Shown: in pieces, positions 55,741 to 64,000 of the stretch
Numbering within the stretch: the first letter of the stretch is position 1
Layout of the letters: each line of letters begins with the position of its first letter
Assembly: GCA_045863235.1 (NCBI GenBank)
Contig: BTUM01000006.1
Span: 1 to 64,000 of the forward strand
Direction of reading: 5' to 3'
DNA from: Candidatus Xenobia bacterium
Lineage (GTDB): Bacteria > Vulcanimicrobiota > Xenobia > Xenobiales > QWHO01
Length of the DNA stretch: 64,000 nt
Made by a program: the position numbers and the translations under genes
Notes under the pieces: generated by a model
Told to the model about the DNA's origin: nothing
Database searches by the model: none
Seen by the model: the letters and a program-made list of their open reading frames with translations, nothing else

Positions 55741-56399
55741 CGCCCCACCGAGAGGCGATAACCCAGGCCGCGCACGGTCTCCACCAGCTCCGAGCCCACT
55801 TTCTTGCGAAGGCGCTTGATGGTGGTATCCACGACCCGGTCCTCGCCCTCGAAGTCAAAGCCCCAAACCTTCTCGAGCAACGACTCTCGTCCCAGCACCC
55901 GCTCGCGATGGTCATAGAGCACTCGCAGAACCTCGAACTCGCGGGCGGTGAGGATGATGCGCACGCCTGACTTGTAGACGTCGGCCCGCTGCCAGTCGAT
56001 CTCGACGTCACCCAGGCGCACGCGCACCTCGCCGCTGCCGCGTTTACGCAGGTTGGTCCGCAGCCGGGCCACCAGCTCGCGAGGAGAGAACGGCTTGGTG
56101 ATGTAGTCGTCGGCCCCCAGCTCGAGGGTAGAGACCTTGTCCGACTCGCTGTCTTTGACGGAAACGATCAAGATGGGGGTCTCGGAGGAGCGGCGCAGAG
56201 TGCGCAGCACCTCGAGCCCGCTCAGGCGGGGAAGCATCATGTCGAGTAGTACGGCGTCGGGCTTGTCGAGCTCGAAGCGCTCCACGGCCTCGCGCCCGTC
56301 GCGGGCGATGACGACGCGGTAACCCTCGCCGCTCAAGGTGACGGTCAAGAACTCGGCGATGGACTCGTCGTCTTCGACGATCAGGACGGTTTCTCTCAC
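55737..56399 (-). CDS. OmpR/PhoB-family response regulator
   Basis: VLIVEDD, LLDMMLP, GADDYITKPF, LTAREF, VDTTIKRLRKK, ETVRGLGY; GTG start 56399 inferred. Confidence 0.95.
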   Translation of the reverse strand: MRETVLIVEDDESIAEFLTVTLSGEGYRVVIARDGREAVERFELDKPDAVLLDMMLPRLSGLEVLRTLRRSSETPILIVSVKDSESDKVSTLELGADDYITKPFSPRELVARLRTNLRKRGSGEVRVRLGDVEIDWQRADVYKSGVRIILTAREFEVLRVLYDHRERVLGRESLLEKVWGFDFEGEDRVVDTTIKRLRKKVGSELVETVRGLGYRLSVGR

Positions 56400-56547
56400 G
56401 ATCGGAGCTGACTCCCTGGCAATCTTTGCGCCGCTGGTCGGGCGCAGCCGAAGTCTAACGATTTCCGGTGACAGGGGGGTGACACCTTCAAGATTCCCGG
56501 GCGCAGACTTTCCGAGCTCGCTTTTCTTTGCTAACCTGTTCAGGGGG

Positions 56548-57966
56548 ATGGTGCCCTTGAAACGACATGGAATGGCCCTGCCGACCGCGCTCTTCATGGC
56601 GCTGGTTATCTACTTTTTGTCCACGGTGCTGACCTGGCAGGCCCAGACCAATCAGCGCTTCACTCGTGGCGAGGCCGAACGATCTCACGAGCTTTACGCC
56701 ACCCGCGGCCAGGTCAACCTCTTCATCGCCCGCGTGCTCGAGAATTCGAGCTACGCCGACGCCCACGGCCCGGGCAGCCCGGTGGAGGACGAGGTGGACG
56801 GGAAGACCTACCGCACCTGGTGCCAGCCGGACAGCGGCAATCCGGACGTGCTCCACGTCATCTGCTCGGTGGACGGCAAGTTGACGAGCTATCAGTCCAG
56901 CCGCACCATTGTCAGAACCATCGCCACGGGGATGATCATTTACACCGACGCGGGCGGTGCTGCCGGTCCCCCGGATCTCAAGTGGTATGGCTTGGACGAG
57001 CCCAGCCCCAGCTGGCAAGGGCTGCCCGCTATCCCCCAGCAGGTCTTCCAGCAGAAGGAGGTTCTGAACGCCGGCATTCCCTTCGCCCCCCCACAGTTCG
57101 AGACGGATCCGGTGCTGGTGGACCTGAGCGACCTGGACGCTCCGGCCGAGATCGCTACCTTTGCAGCCTACGGCATTGGCGCGGACGGTGACCTCTTGGC
57201 CATCTACGAGCCCCCGCCCACGAGTCGCAGGACGGGCAGTCCCACCCCACTTGTGAACTACCCGACCATGTTCCGTTTCGACCGCAGCGCCGGCAACTGG
57301 GTCTTGACTCGCATGCCCGTCGATTACGTGCCCACCGGCGCCGTGGGCGCCCGGATCGGCGGTACGGATGGAACCATGGTCGTGGAGGACGCGGACGGCC
57401 TGCTGCTCATGGACGCCGACGGCTCATCCGAGCGCGTGCCGGCTCCTCCCGGCGGCTCCATCCAGACCTTTACCGCCAACAGCGACAACGTTTACGCCCA
57501 GCTGTCCGACGGCTCGCTGGCGCGCTATACCCCGGGAGGCGGGTGGTCCACGATGCTGGCTCCCCAACCTGATGTCTTCACCTCCGGAGGGGAGCTCATC
57601 TCGGGCTCGGGGGCCCCCCCCACCCTGAGCCAGCTCACGGTCAGCCCGAATGGCACCTTGATGGCACTGTGGCAGCGCGACGGGGTGGATACCGTCTTCC
57701 GCTATTACCCTGGCTCGGTGGAAGATGAGGAGCCCCCCCAGTGGGACGCGCGCTTGCCGCTGAGCCTTGGCGAGGACGAGTTCATCGAGGATCTCGATTC
57801 CATCACCGCCATGCCGGGTCGAGTGATCAGCCAGGTGCCCGGCCCTCCCCAGCAGATCTTTGCCGGACGCAGCCCGCTCCCCAGTCCCGGGGCCAACGCT
57901 CCGGTGATCGCCACCGGCATCTACGTGCTGCCCGACAACCGCTACTACGCGGGCGACAGCTACTGA
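56548..57966 (+). CDS. PilX-like pseudopilin with large beta-rich C-terminal region
   Basis: KRHG-MALPTALFMALVI class III-like signal without Glu5; first gene of an operon with two pilins. Confidence 0.6.
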   Translation: MVPLKRHGMALPTALFMALVIYFLSTVLTWQAQTNQRFTRGEAERSHELYATRGQVNLFIARVLENSSYADAHGPGSPVEDEVDGKTYRTWCQPDSGNPDVLHVICSVDGKLTSYQSSRTIVRTIATGMIIYTDAGGAAGPPDLKWYGLDEPSPSWQGLPAIPQQVFQQKEVLNAGIPFAPPQFETDPVLVDLSDLDAPAEIATFAAYGIGADGDLLAIYEPPPTSRRTGSPTPLVNYPTMFRFDRSAGNWVLTRMPVDYVPTGAVGARIGGTDGTMVVEDADGLLLMDADGSSERVPAPPGGSIQTFTANSDNVYAQLSDGSLARYTPGGGWSTMLAPQPDVFTSGGELISGSGAPPTLSQLTVSPNGTLMALWQRDGVDTVFRYYPGSVEDEEPPQWDARLPLSLGEDEFIEDLDSITAMPGRVISQVPGPPQQIFAGRSPLPSPGANAPVIATGIYVLPDNRYYAGDSY

Positions 57967-57971
57967 GAGCT

Positions 57972-58340
57972 TTGACCCGCCGCGGCTTCACCTTCGCCGA
58001 GCTGATCCTGTGCCTGGGAATCATGGGCATGGCCCTGCTGGCCCTGGTCAGCGCCGAGATCTATTCCGCCCGGGCCGACCGCGGGGGCTCCCAGCGTCAC
58101 CAGGCCACCATGGTCGCCAGTTCCCTCATGGCTGAGGCCGAGAAGGACCTGCGCCGTGATTTCGGAGCCAGCGTGGCGGCAGGCCGTCAGGCGGTGCCCG
58201 GCAACCCGGGTTACGAATACGAGTTGCTCGAGCAATCCGAGGTGGGTGGGCGGATCAAGCGCCTGCAGGTGAACGTGTTCTGGTCGGATCAACAGGGTGA
58301 CCAGCAATACTCTCTCTGGACCCGGGTGCTCGAGCCTTGA
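57972..58340 (+). CDS. Prepilin-type N-terminal cleavage/methylation protein (minor pilin)
   Basis: RRG-FTFAELILCLGI; TTG start. Confidence 0.88.
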   Translation: MTRRGFTFAELILCLGIMGMALLALVSAEIYSARADRGGSQRHQATMVASSLMAEAEKDLRRDFGASVAAGRQAVPGNPGYEYELLEQSEVGGRIKRLQVNVFWSDQQGDQQYSLWTRVLEP

Positions 58341-58861
58341 GCCGTCGAGGGCTGACACTCTTCGAGGTGCTGGTCGCCTCCATGCTGCTGGGCGGCATGA
58401 TGCTCGCCAGCCTGATCATCTACACCACCGGCCTGACCAACCAGCGCAAGACGGACAGTCAGACGGACAGTTATCGGGCGGTGATGATGGCCATCAGCCA
58501 CATCCGCTCCGAGCTACGCGGCGGGCAGGTGCTCTTTCCGGCCACCGACAGCGGCCCGCAGCCGACCGCCCGCTACCGCTACCCAAGAATGAGGAACAAT
58601 CTGCCCCGGGTCGACTCCACGGGCTCGCCCATCTGGGCCGGAACCGGCACGTTCGAGCTGCGAGACGGGGGCAAGCTTACCCGCGTCAATCCGGTGGATG
58701 CCCGCACGCTGGCCGAGCTCGGAGAGGACGGCAGCATCACGTTCGAGCGCCCGGACCGTCGCCTGCTCAAGGTCACCGTGGTGGCCGACCGCTATCCCAA
58801 TGACCGTCGACGCAAGAGCCATTACGAGGCGACGGTCGAGATCTATCTGCCCAACAACTGA
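58337..58861 (+). CDS. Prepilin-type N-terminal cleavage/methylation protein (minor pilin)
   Basis: RRG-LTLFEVLVASMLL; TTGA overlap with the upstream pilin. Confidence 0.88.
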   Translation: MSRRGLTLFEVLVASMLLGGMMLASLIIYTTGLTNQRKTDSQTDSYRAVMMAISHIRSELRGGQVLFPATDSGPQPTARYRYPRMRNNLPRVDSTGSPIWAGTGTFELRDGGKLTRVNPVDARTLAELGEDGSITFERPDRRLLKVTVVADRYPNDRRRKSHYEATVEIYLPNN

Positions 58862-58900
58862 CGGGTAGGATGCGCCCCTGCAGGTCGGGAAGGGGGGGCC

Positions 58901-61183
58901 GTGAGCGTCAAGCCCGAGGCGGTCTGGCCAGGTCTGGGCTCGCTGGTGGCCATCGCTCTGGGCTCGGCCCTGGCGGGTCCCCCGCGGGTGGCTGCGGACA
59001 CGCTGGTGCTGGCTGGACTGGCGGTGGTGCTGGAGGCGATCTCCCCGCGGACCCACAGAACAGCGTTTCTGAGCTTGAGCCTGCCGCTCTATCCGGCGCT
59101 GGCTGTTCAGGGCGGTTTTCGGATGCTGGTGGCGACCGCTCTGCTCGGTCTGTTTCTGCGCAGCCTCCGTCCCCCGCGCGAGCTGCAAGCGGCTTTGCAG
59201 ACTCTCTTCCCGGTGGTGCTGGGGGGGTTGGTGGTGGCTCTGGGCCAGGGCGGTGGGCTGCCGCCCGAGTCTTTGCTGCTGGTGGCGCTGGCCGTGCAGA
59301 TGGCGCTGGAATGGATGGTCAACGGAGGCTACGAGGATGGCCGAGTTTCCTGGGCCAGCCGGCCGATCCAGGCCGGACTGGGAGCGGTGGCCGGCATCCT
59401 GATGCAAGTTCAGCCGGTGGCGGCGCTGGCGCTGGTTCCCTTCCTGGGCATTCCCTGGCTGATTTTTCGCCCCGGCCTGGACAAGATGGAGGTCATGCAG
59501 CGCCACGTGGCCACCCTCCAACTCGAGCTCGAGCAGCGCACCCGCGAGCTGCACTTGATGCTCGAGCTCTCCGACGAGCTGGCCCTGAGCTCGGGACTGG
59601 AGGATGTCCGCGGCGTGCTGCTCAAGATGGCCCTCCAGGTGGCGCCCAGCCGCAGCGGGGTGGTGTTCTCGCAGCGGCTTCGCCCGGTCTTGTTCGAGAG
59701 CCCGGAAGCCGACCGGTTGCGCGAGTACGAGCTGCTGGGCCTGAAGGACTCGACGGTGGAGAAGGCCTGGGCCGAGGGCCGTGTGGTGGCGGGCCATCCC
59801 GAGCAACAGGGCGAGCGGATGCTGCCCCACGAGTCTTACTCTCTGGCTTTCCCCCTCAGCCGCTCCGGGGTGCTCTACCTGGGCCGCAACCAGCCTTTCA
59901 CGGCCATGCAGCTTCAGCTTCTTCGGCTGCTCACCCAGCAAGCCGGCATCGCGCTGGACTCGGCCCGGCAGTTTCGCCGCAACCAGCGCAGCCTTCAGCG
60001 CGTGCGCAAGGCGCGCAAACGCCTGCACGTCTGGGTGTTTCGCCTGTCGCAACTGCTGGATGGCTGCCGTCGCATCGCCTCGGCTCTCGATCGCGAGGCT
60101 CTCGAGCAAGCCCTGCCCGCCGCTTTGCTTCCCCTGTTGCCCCAGCACCGGGCCGTCCTGCGCTGCTTCAAGCCGCTGGATGTCAGCATTCCCCATGACC
60201 TGGACGGGCTGGGGGAGTTCGTGCAGGTGGTGCGCGAGAACCAGACGGCCATTTTGCTCGACCCGGTGGAAGGCACTCGCTTTCACAACCTGGTGATGGG
60301 TTGGGGCTCGCTGATGGGCATTCCGCTGACCTCCGAAGGACAGGTGGATGGCGTGCTGGTGGTGGGGTCCCCCGAGCCCGGGGGGCTCAAGCGCAGCCAC
60401 CAGGACCTGCTGGAGGTGCTGGCTCTGCAGCTGGGCACCACCCTGCGCAACATCGCTCTTTATCAGGAGGTGGTGGAGGCCGAGGCCCGCCTGCTGCAGT
60501 CGAGCAAGATGGCGGCCGTGGGCCAGCTGGCCGCGGGAGTGGCCCACGAGCTGAACACGCCGCTGGGAGTGGTCAAGCTGGGCCTGAGCCAGAGCCTGCG
60601 CTTTCTGGAGGAGAAGCCGGCTCGAGCCCGCACCCTGCTGACCCAGGGGATGGAGGCGCTGGAGTATGCCCAGACCATCATCTCGAAGCTGCTGCACTAT
60701 TCGCGCGAGGGACGGCTGGAGCAGCGTCAGGTCGACCTGGTCCAGGTGATCGAGGATGGGCTGGTCTTCGTGGCTCACACGCTGGATCTCGATCGGGTGC
60801 AGCTGGAGAGAGACCTGCGACCGGTTCCGCCGGTGCGGGGTAATCCCACCGAGCTCCAGCAGGTCGTGGTGAACCTGGTGCTCAACGCTCGCGACGCCAT
60901 GGTCCAGGGAGAGTCCTCTCGTCGGGTGGTGCGGGTTTCGACACGAGCCGACCAGGTGCGGGTGCGGTTGGAGGTGCGCGACTTTGGGCCGGGCCTCACG
61001 GAGGAAGTGCAGGCTCGCATGTTCGAGCCTTTCTACACCACCAAGCCGGTAGGCAAGGGAACCGGGCTGGGCCTCTACATCATCTCCCGCATTGCCCAGC
61101 AGCACGGAGGGTCCTTGAAGGCCGCCAACTGCCCGGATGGAGGAGCCTGTTTCGTGCTCGAGCTACCGGCCGGCCAGGTTTGA
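58901..61183 (+). CDS. Membrane-bound GAF sensor histidine kinase (paralogue of 46614..49043)
   Basis: TMs, GAF-like regions, LLQSSKMAAVGQLAAGVAHELNTPL, NLVLNARDA, FEPFYTTKPVGKGTGLGL. Confidence 0.93.
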   Translation: MSVKPEAVWPGLGSLVAIALGSALAGPPRVAADTLVLAGLAVVLEAISPRTHRTAFLSLSLPLYPALAVQGGFRMLVATALLGLFLRSLRPPRELQAALQTLFPVVLGGLVVALGQGGGLPPESLLLVALAVQMALEWMVNGGYEDGRVSWASRPIQAGLGAVAGILMQVQPVAALALVPFLGIPWLIFRPGLDKMEVMQRHVATLQLELEQRTRELHLMLELSDELALSSGLEDVRGVLLKMALQVAPSRSGVVFSQRLRPVLFESPEADRLREYELLGLKDSTVEKAWAEGRVVAGHPEQQGERMLPHESYSLAFPLSRSGVLYLGRNQPFTAMQLQLLRLLTQQAGIALDSARQFRRNQRSLQRVRKARKRLHVWVFRLSQLLDGCRRIASALDREALEQALPAALLPLLPQHRAVLRCFKPLDVSIPHDLDGLGEFVQVVRENQTAILLDPVEGTRFHNLVMGWGSLMGIPLTSEGQVDGVLVVGSPEPGGLKRSHQDLLEVLALQLGTTLRNIALYQEVVEAEARLLQSSKMAAVGQLAAGVAHELNTPLGVVKLGLSQSLRFLEEKPARARTLLTQGMEALEYAQTIISKLLHYSREGRLEQRQVDLVQVIEDGLVFVAHTLDLDRVQLERDLRPVPPVRGNPTELQQVVVNLVLNARDAMVQGESSRRVVRVSTRADQVRVRLEVRDFGPGLTEEVQARMFEPFYTTKPVGKGTGLGLYIISRIAQQHGGSLKAANCPDGGACFVLELPAGQV

Positions 61184-62794
61184 GGTCGTCTGATAGACCC
61201 CGCCCAGGTACTCGATCAGGGCCCTCAGGTCGGCCGGCTGGCTACGGAAGCCAACGTAGAGGTCGGGTCGCACCCAGTAGAGAGTCTCGCTCGAGGCCCC
61301 GAAGGCCCGGTGGAGCAGTTGCTCGCGGTCGTGGTAGCCACTGGGGCCAAGGTGGATGACCCCGATGAGCTCGCCCCAGCGAGCCTTGACCTCGCGCTCG
61401 ATGGTGATCATCCATTCTTCCGACTGCTCGCTGAGATCGATGCCTGAGAACAGCAGCAGGTGCGATCCGTTCCCTTTGAGCAGGTCGAAAAGATGCACCT
61501 CGGCTCCGGATTTGGTGACCAGCTCGCCATCGGGAACCCGGTCGCCCGGCCGGATGCCGGGGGCCAGAGGGGAGAACACGGTCAGGTCCTTCCTGTGCTC
61601 CCGGCTGAGCGGGCTCTTGCGGTAGTTGATCTCGAGCTCGGAGAGCGTGCGGGCGATGCGGTGCTGAATCAACTCGCTGCCGGTCAAGAACTCGGCCAGC
61701 TTGTTGCGCAGGTACTGGGCCACCGGGTGGCGCAGAGTGGCGGCTCGGGTGGCTGCCTCGGCTCCCTTGAGGACCATCTGGCCCACGGCGTGGCGCTCGA
61801 GGCTGTAGCTGTCGAGCAGGCTGTCGGGAGCTTTGCCCTGTTGGACCAGAGCCAGCTTCCAGGCCAGGTTGAAGGCGTCTTGCAGGCCGGTATTCATCCC
61901 CTGCCCGCCGGCCGGGCTGTGAATGTGAGCCGCATCCCCGGCCAGGAAGACCCGGCCGTGCCGATATTCGGACACCTGTCGCTCATGAATGCGAAAGCCG
62001 GCGAGCCAGAAGGGATCGCTGAGCTTCAGGCCGGCCGGTCCGCGCTTGTCCACGATGGCCTGAACCTCATCCAGAGTGGGGTCGGATGGCTTCTGGTCGC
62101 CGCCGGCGGTCCCGCAGTCAGCGATGATGCGCATGCGCCCTTCGCGGCCGATCGGGAAGAGGGCCAGAACCCCGTCCGGGCTGAGAAAAACGTGAATCTC
62201 GTCCATGGCCAGGGCACCTTGCACCATCAGGTCGGCCAGGATCCAGCTGCTGGGCTCGGCCTGGCCGGTGAAAGGGACGTTCAGCGCGTGGCGCACGGTG
62301 CTGTGGGCACCGTCGCAGCCGATCAGCCAGTGGGATGAAACGGTCTCCTCGCTGCCATCCGCAGCGCGCAGCACCGCGCTGACGCCCTGGTCGCTCTGGG
62401 TAAAGCTGAGCAACTCGCTGCCGCGCTCGATGCGGACCTCGCGTCGCTGGAGGCATTCGGTGAGCAGTCGCTCGGTCTCGTTCTGAGGAATCATCAAGGC
62501 GGACCGGTACGGGCTGGGCAGCTCATCCAGGCTCAGGTGCGCGATCTTCTTCCCATCGGCGTAAATGTTGCTGGCGTGGGCCTTGAGGCCGATGGCCAGG
62601 GCATCGGTGAGCAACTGCTCGTCGCTGCGGGCGAAAACCTCCAGTGAGCGGCTCCAGAGTACCAGGGCGCGGGACTTGTCCGAGGGTTCCGGGGCCTGGT
62701 CCACGATGCGAACGGTCAGCCCGTAGCGGCGAAGCTCCTGGGCCATCATCAGGCCGACCGGCCCGGCCCCGCAGATCAAAACGTCAATCTTCAT
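61163..62794 (-). CDS. FAD-dependent monooxygenase (PheA/TfdB family)
   Basis: ICGAGPVGL, IGCDGAHS.VR, GRVFLAGDAAHIHSPAGGQGMNTGLQDA.NLAWKL, VRPD.YV. Confidence 0.95.
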   Translation of the reverse strand: MKIDVLICGAGPVGLMMAQELRRYGLTVRIVDQAPEPSDKSRALVLWSRSLEVFARSDEQLLTDALAIGLKAHASNIYADGKKIAHLSLDELPSPYRSALMIPQNETERLLTECLQRREVRIERGSELLSFTQSDQGVSAVLRAADGSEETVSSHWLIGCDGAHSTVRHALNVPFTGQAEPSSWILADLMVQGALAMDEIHVFLSPDGVLALFPIGREGRMRIIADCGTAGGDQKPSDPTLDEVQAIVDKRGPAGLKLSDPFWLAGFRIHERQVSEYRHGRVFLAGDAAHIHSPAGGQGMNTGLQDAFNLAWKLALVQQGKAPDSLLDSYSLERHAVGQMVLKGAEAATRAATLRHPVAQYLRNKLAEFLTGSELIQHRIARTLSELEINYRKSPLSREHRKDLTVFSPLAPGIRPGDRVPDGELVTKSGAEVHLFDLLKGNGSHLLLFSGIDLSEQSEEWMITIEREVKARWGELIGVIHLGPSGYHDREQLLHRAFGASSETLYWVRPDLYVGFRSQPADLRALIEYLGGVYQTTSNLAGR

Positions 62795-62888
62795 GGGGCC
62801 AGGTTCGCGCCTCCTCGAGTGAGGCCTGCCCGCTTGCCGGGCTGGAATGGAAGGACGCGAAGGCGCATGACCGGAATACCCACCAGGT

Positions 62889-63485
62889 ATGGAGACCGAT
62901 CGTCAGTTGCTCCTTTCCGCCGCCTGCAGGCTCTTCCATGAGCGAGGAGTCAACGTGGTTTCCCTCCAGGAGGTTTTGGAGGCCTCCGAGGTCAGTCAGG
63001 AGCAGTTTGGCCGTTACTATGCCAGCAAAGAAGACCTCGTCGCCGACGTGGTCGAGCTCCAGATGAACCGGGTCTTGTCGACCCTGGAGCCCTACGTCAA
63101 TGACATGCAGACCTGGGAAGACCTGGAGGTCTGGGGGCAGGGCGTGCTGCGACTCAACGAGATCGCCGGTTTGCTCGCATGCCCCGTGGGCGTCATCGCC
63201 CTGGATACGACTCCTCAGTCGCGTCGAGCTCTGGAAGCGGTCCAGAGAGCCCTCAACCGTTGGGGAAAGATGCACGTGAAGGCCCTGACCCGCCTGAAGG
63301 AACGCGGGGTGTTCGTTGAGAGCTTCGAGCCCCAGAGGGCCGTTCAGTTCGCCGGGGCGGTGATCCAGGGCGCGCTCTTGCTTGGTCGCGCCTACCAGAG
63401 CGCAAACATGCTCGAGCGGAACTTCAGCGGAGTGATGACCTATCTGGAGACGTTTCGGGCCACGAGCGTCCCCTCCCCGACCTGA
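62889..63485 (+). CDS. TetR/AcrR family transcriptional regulator
   Basis: LL.AA..LF...G......V.....VS......YY.SKEDL HTH; ACP and QGALL C-terminal motifs; divergent from the monooxygenase. Confidence 0.85.
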   Translation: METDRQLLLSAACRLFHERGVNVVSLQEVLEASEVSQEQFGRYYASKEDLVADVVELQMNRVLSTLEPYVNDMQTWEDLEVWGQGVLRLNEIAGLLACPVGVIALDTTPQSRRALEAVQRALNRWGKMHVKALTRLKERGVFVESFEPQRAVQFAGAVIQGALLLGRAYQSANMLERNFSGVMTYLETFRATSVPSPT

Positions 63486-63495
63486 GACGTAAAGA

Positions 63496-63540
63496 GGCCC
63501 GGTCCGCAATTTCCTTGCGGCCGGGCCTTCTTGTTTTGTT
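63496..63540 (+). terminator. Intrinsic terminator after tetR
   Basis: GGCCCGG(T)CCGCAA-tttcc-TTGCGGCCGGGCC followed by TTCTTGTTTTGTT. Confidence 0.7.
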
Positions 63541-63569
63541 CGGCTCCAGAAACCCCTGACTGTCCTGGC

Positions 63570-64000
63570 TCAAGCCCGCCTGGTCAAGCGGAAATAGCGC
63601 AGGGTATCGATCTCCACGAAGTGGACGCCCAGATCGTCCTCAAAGTGCATGGCCACGGTCGGCTCCTGACCCGAGTCCAGATGCACCTTGCTGACCTGGG
63701 CCAGCTGCGGGGCCCGGCCGCCGGTGCTGTCGTAAGCCAGAATGGGCTCGCCGGGGGCGGCCTGGTGGAGCAGCCGTCCCTCGGCCAGAGAAACGTAGAG
63801 CGAGCCGTCCGGACGTTCTTCCATGATGACACCGCTGGTCACGTTCTCGGTGCGCACGGTACCGTTCTCGTAGTGGCGCACCAGCCGGTTGCCCTCGCCC
63901 TCTTCCTCGAATGGATCCACGCGATCGTGGATCACCGGAGTGACCACCATGTCGGCCTGGCCGTTGCCGTTGAAGTAGCCCTGGTAGTCGTTGGCTGCCT
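63570..64000 (-). CDS. Hypothetical protein, 3' part (frame stays open to the window edge)
   Basis: Frame upstream of ATG 63950 reads AANDYQGYFNGNGQAD without a stop. Confidence 0.6.
   Translation of the reverse strand, partial: AANDYQGYFNGNGQADMVVTPVIHDRVDPFEEEGEGNRLVRHYENGTVRTENVTSGVIMEERPDGSLYVSLAEGRLLHQAAPGEPILAYDSTGGRAPQLAQVSKVHLDSGQEPTVAMHFEDDLGVHFVEIDTLRYFRLTRRA

Noticed and set aside
46692..61105. Long antisense ORFs 46692..48875, 51177..53468 and 58514..61105
   Set aside because: They mirror better-supported genes on the opposite strand, as expected in GC-rich DNA.

Overview
GC-rich bacterial chromosomal window, almost entirely coding. The mix of GAF histidine kinases coupled to pilin-like genes, a giant low-complexity protein and many orphan ORFs recalls Eremiobacterota/Vulcanimicrobiota, but this is an impression, not a placement. 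In order it contains: a palindromic tandem-repeat array (1-405); comB; a ~640-nt non-coding interval with its own sigma70-type promoter and terminator; a DUF1152 gene pair; a ~2200-aa toxin/effector-like protein; an O-methyltransferase; a GH81 beta-1,3-glucanase lipoprotein; a ~19-kb surface polysaccharide locus; an HpnN-like RND transporter, serine hydrolase, YchJ, ATP-grasp protein, sulfite-oxidase-family enzyme and DUF2272; a block of two-component and type IV pilin-like genes; an FAD monooxygenase and a TetR regulator. The best candidate for an undescribed system is the non-coding interval at ~1865-2506. It is built from three diverged copies of a structured module (three-way junction, H-type pseudoknot, GNRA-capped multibranch domain) with compensatory base changes between copies. 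It looks like a stand-alone large structured RNA that I cannot assign to a known family. All product calls come from motif recognition by eye; no database searches were run.
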